This document shows positions 61,771 through 64,000 of a DNA stretch of 64,000 nt, piece by piece. The stretch lies in contig NC_057719.1 in assembly GCF_004010195.1 (NCBI RefSeq), positions 93,761,076 to 93,825,075 on the forward strand. The letters are read 5' to 3'. Position 1 is the stretch's first letter, and each line of letters starts with the position of its first letter. The notes below the pieces were generated by a model. The model was not told where the DNA came from. It made no database searches and worked only from the letters and a program-made list of their open reading frames with translations. The position numbers and the translations under genes are program-made. This stretch comes from Chiloscyllium plagiosum (taxonomy: Eukaryota).

Positions 61771-62959
61771 TTGCTCCTGGAGCAGAACAGACAAAGATGT
61801 GAATTTATTGCGGTGCTCAAAAGTATGAAAAAAGTTGTTTAGTTAAAAAAAAATCTATTACAGCATCAAGGAATTCTAATTTCAAGGTTGTCAGCAAAAG
61901 AGCTCGGAGTGAAATAAGGAAAAACGTCTTTATTTAGAGAGTTGTTACGAATTGGAATTGAATGGCTGGGAAAGTTGCGGATGAAGATTCAAAACAGAAC
62001 TGGATATATATTTGGAAATTTTGAATGTAATGGGCAACAGAGAGAGGGCTGGCAAATAGGAGGTGCTTGGGAGACATTTTTGGAGCTGATGCATATATAA
62101 TGGCCAATGGCCTCCTCCTGTACTTTAAAGTTTTGTACTCTATCAAGTGTAAGCTGTGAATAAAAGTCAGTATCCAATTACTTCACAGTGTAAATGCTCG
62201 CAAATATCTGATTATTTGGTGCAGCATAAGCATTTAAGATGCAAGTATTGCGAGGTTAGCTTCATTATGAAGTCTAATTATTACTCAGAACATAAATATT
62301 TTGCATATTATATTCCAATTACTAAAACAAATACATCATTGCTTCGGCATAAAACACTTTGGAAAGCTCTGACTTGTCCCTGACACAATATTATGTTCGT
62401 TGCTTTTGTTTTCATTCCCCACATTTCATACTATTCATCATTCATTCTAAAAATTGAAAGTTTTCAAATTATTGTTCACTAAAATTTGATAACAAATAAT
62501 TTATTTATTTTAATATTTACAGTCTATATTGAATTATTGCCATTGTTAAATTGCTGACAAATAGCTGAAGATCGTACATTTCAGTGAGAAATTAAACTGA
62601 TTGATTACATAAATAAATAAATAAGAACGCTAATTCTATTTGTTTGTTCAATCGTTTTCTCACCCTGAACATGTAATCATTCAGAAGCCAACTACTTCAA
62701 AAATATAGACGTGGTTATACATTGCTTTAAATCCTGACACTGAATATCTAATTCTCATCACCACAAGAGTTATGCTCTTTCTTCGCGAAAATATAATATA
62801 CCTGTTTTATTTCACTGTTAGAAAATCTTGACAGGAGTTTATATTTTAGTTCCATAAATATAGAATCAACATAATTGATTTAAGAGATTATAGTTCAGTT
62901 GAATGGTTATCATTCACATCTTATTTTTGCCCAGTTCATGAAATATAGCAAACATCCGA

Positions 62960-63132
62960 TTACTGTTCTGGTCAGTAAACTCAACACCTTGCAATGAGCT
63001 ACGCTGATAATTGCTTCCAATAGATCTGAAATCATTTACACTGTTATTGGACCTCACAGCTGCCTGTGATACAGAGAGACTCAGTGGCCTGTTCCAAAAT
63101 CTGTGCATAGAGCGTCTAACCTGGTTTAGGGC
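62960..63132 (+). mobile_element. Ancient L2-type RT fragment
   Basis: LLLDLTAACDT...LTWFRA resembles LLDLSAAFDT...LxWFxSYL. Confidence 0.55.
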
Positions 63133-63144
63133 AATCAATCAAAC

Positions 63145-63416
63145 ATTCCCACCTCAGGCGACTGACTGTGTGGAGTTTACACGTTTTCCCCGTGTCTGCG
63201 TGGGTTTCCTCCGGGTGCTCCGGTTTCCTCCCACTGTCCAAAGATGTGCAGGTCAGGTGAATTGGCCATGGGAAATTGCCCGTAGTGTTAGGTAAAGGGT
63301 AAATGTAGGGGTATGGGTGGGTTGCGCTTCGGCGGGTCGGTGTGGATTTGTTGGGCCGAAGGGCCTGTTTCCACACTGTAAGTAATCTAATCTAATCTAA
63401 TCTAATCTAATCTAAT
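63145..63416 (+). mobile_element. 5'-truncated V-SINE with (TAATC)n tail
   Basis: Near-identical to 35145-35390. Confidence 0.92.
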
Positions 63417-64000
63417 TACTTCAAAACAAATAATTTGGAATCCACCTTGGGCAGGGGAAGAACCCGTCAACAGACAATCACTGGTCTCAGTGTAGTTACA
63501 AATGTTGTCCAGGTTAAATACTAATGGCTGACCAGCAACCAGGTTTTAAAATTCATCTTCAGTCAGAGATTGGCCCTGAGAGCAGACGTGTTGACATGGA
63601 GTGCCAGAATCTCACCATCCAGGTTACCTGTGGTGATGAAACCTGACCTGCCTCCCAGACTCCATACATCTGCACGCCGGACCAGACATGGGCGAAGACG
63701 TTAACAAGTTGACAATCTATTGCAGTGCCTTGTGTCTCACAAAGAAACCTCTAAAGCCATATCCAATAAATGTCACCTTCACATTCTCCAGTATCAAAAT
63801 AAAATTGTACATCGCTGTGAATGGTCAGAGATTACTGCATGGATCACACAGTAGAATGCATGTGAAGTAACCAGCAGCAAACGGGAATCCACAAATCACA
63901 TTAATAACTGAACTTGGCGGATTCTGTCTGGTCTAAGTAACCACACATATTATACTGGTTTTCAGGTGACTGTAACAATGCACACCATAACTGGAGGTTT

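Larger units (their letters stand above)
59800..62135 (+). mobile_element. Old CR1 RT and 3' fragments broken by nested PLE and SINE insertions
   Basis: DNTKISWVVHSEEERVKLQDDINR; NTDKCEMMHI; CR1-type tail near 62100. Confidence 0.65.

Overview
Repeat-dense eukaryotic DNA with no complete intact host gene. The mix of V-SINE/HE1-type SINEs, CR1/HER1-type LINEs, Penelope-like elements (PLEs) and GPR139-like exons suggests a cartilaginous fish, probably a shark (inference). Main contents: (1) the 3' part of a degraded class I, gamma-like endogenous retrovirus (ERV-A) at 189-5227, with an amber gag-pol junction, a chimeric and tandemly duplicated RNase H region, integrase, a broken env and a 3' LTR. 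(2) An env-less, epsilon-like provirus (ERV-B) with a tRNA-Pro primer site, present twice (32376-38269 and 39086-44219) with the same host flank. (3) An old tandem host unit, at about 18440-25330, 29696-32375, 38772-44600 and 53300-54740, carrying a minus-strand first coding exon of a GPR139/GPR142-like receptor. This exon is intact at 31251-31371, decayed at about 53712-53860 and deleted in the first unit. No second exon encoding the remaining TM helices was recognised in the window. (4) Many CR1, Rex1/Babar, L2 and PLE fragments; the PLE termini carry minimal hammerhead-ribozyme cores. Two assembly gaps lie at 36007-36494 and 38272-38771. All calls come from reading the sequence by eye, and boundaries of old repeats are approximate.
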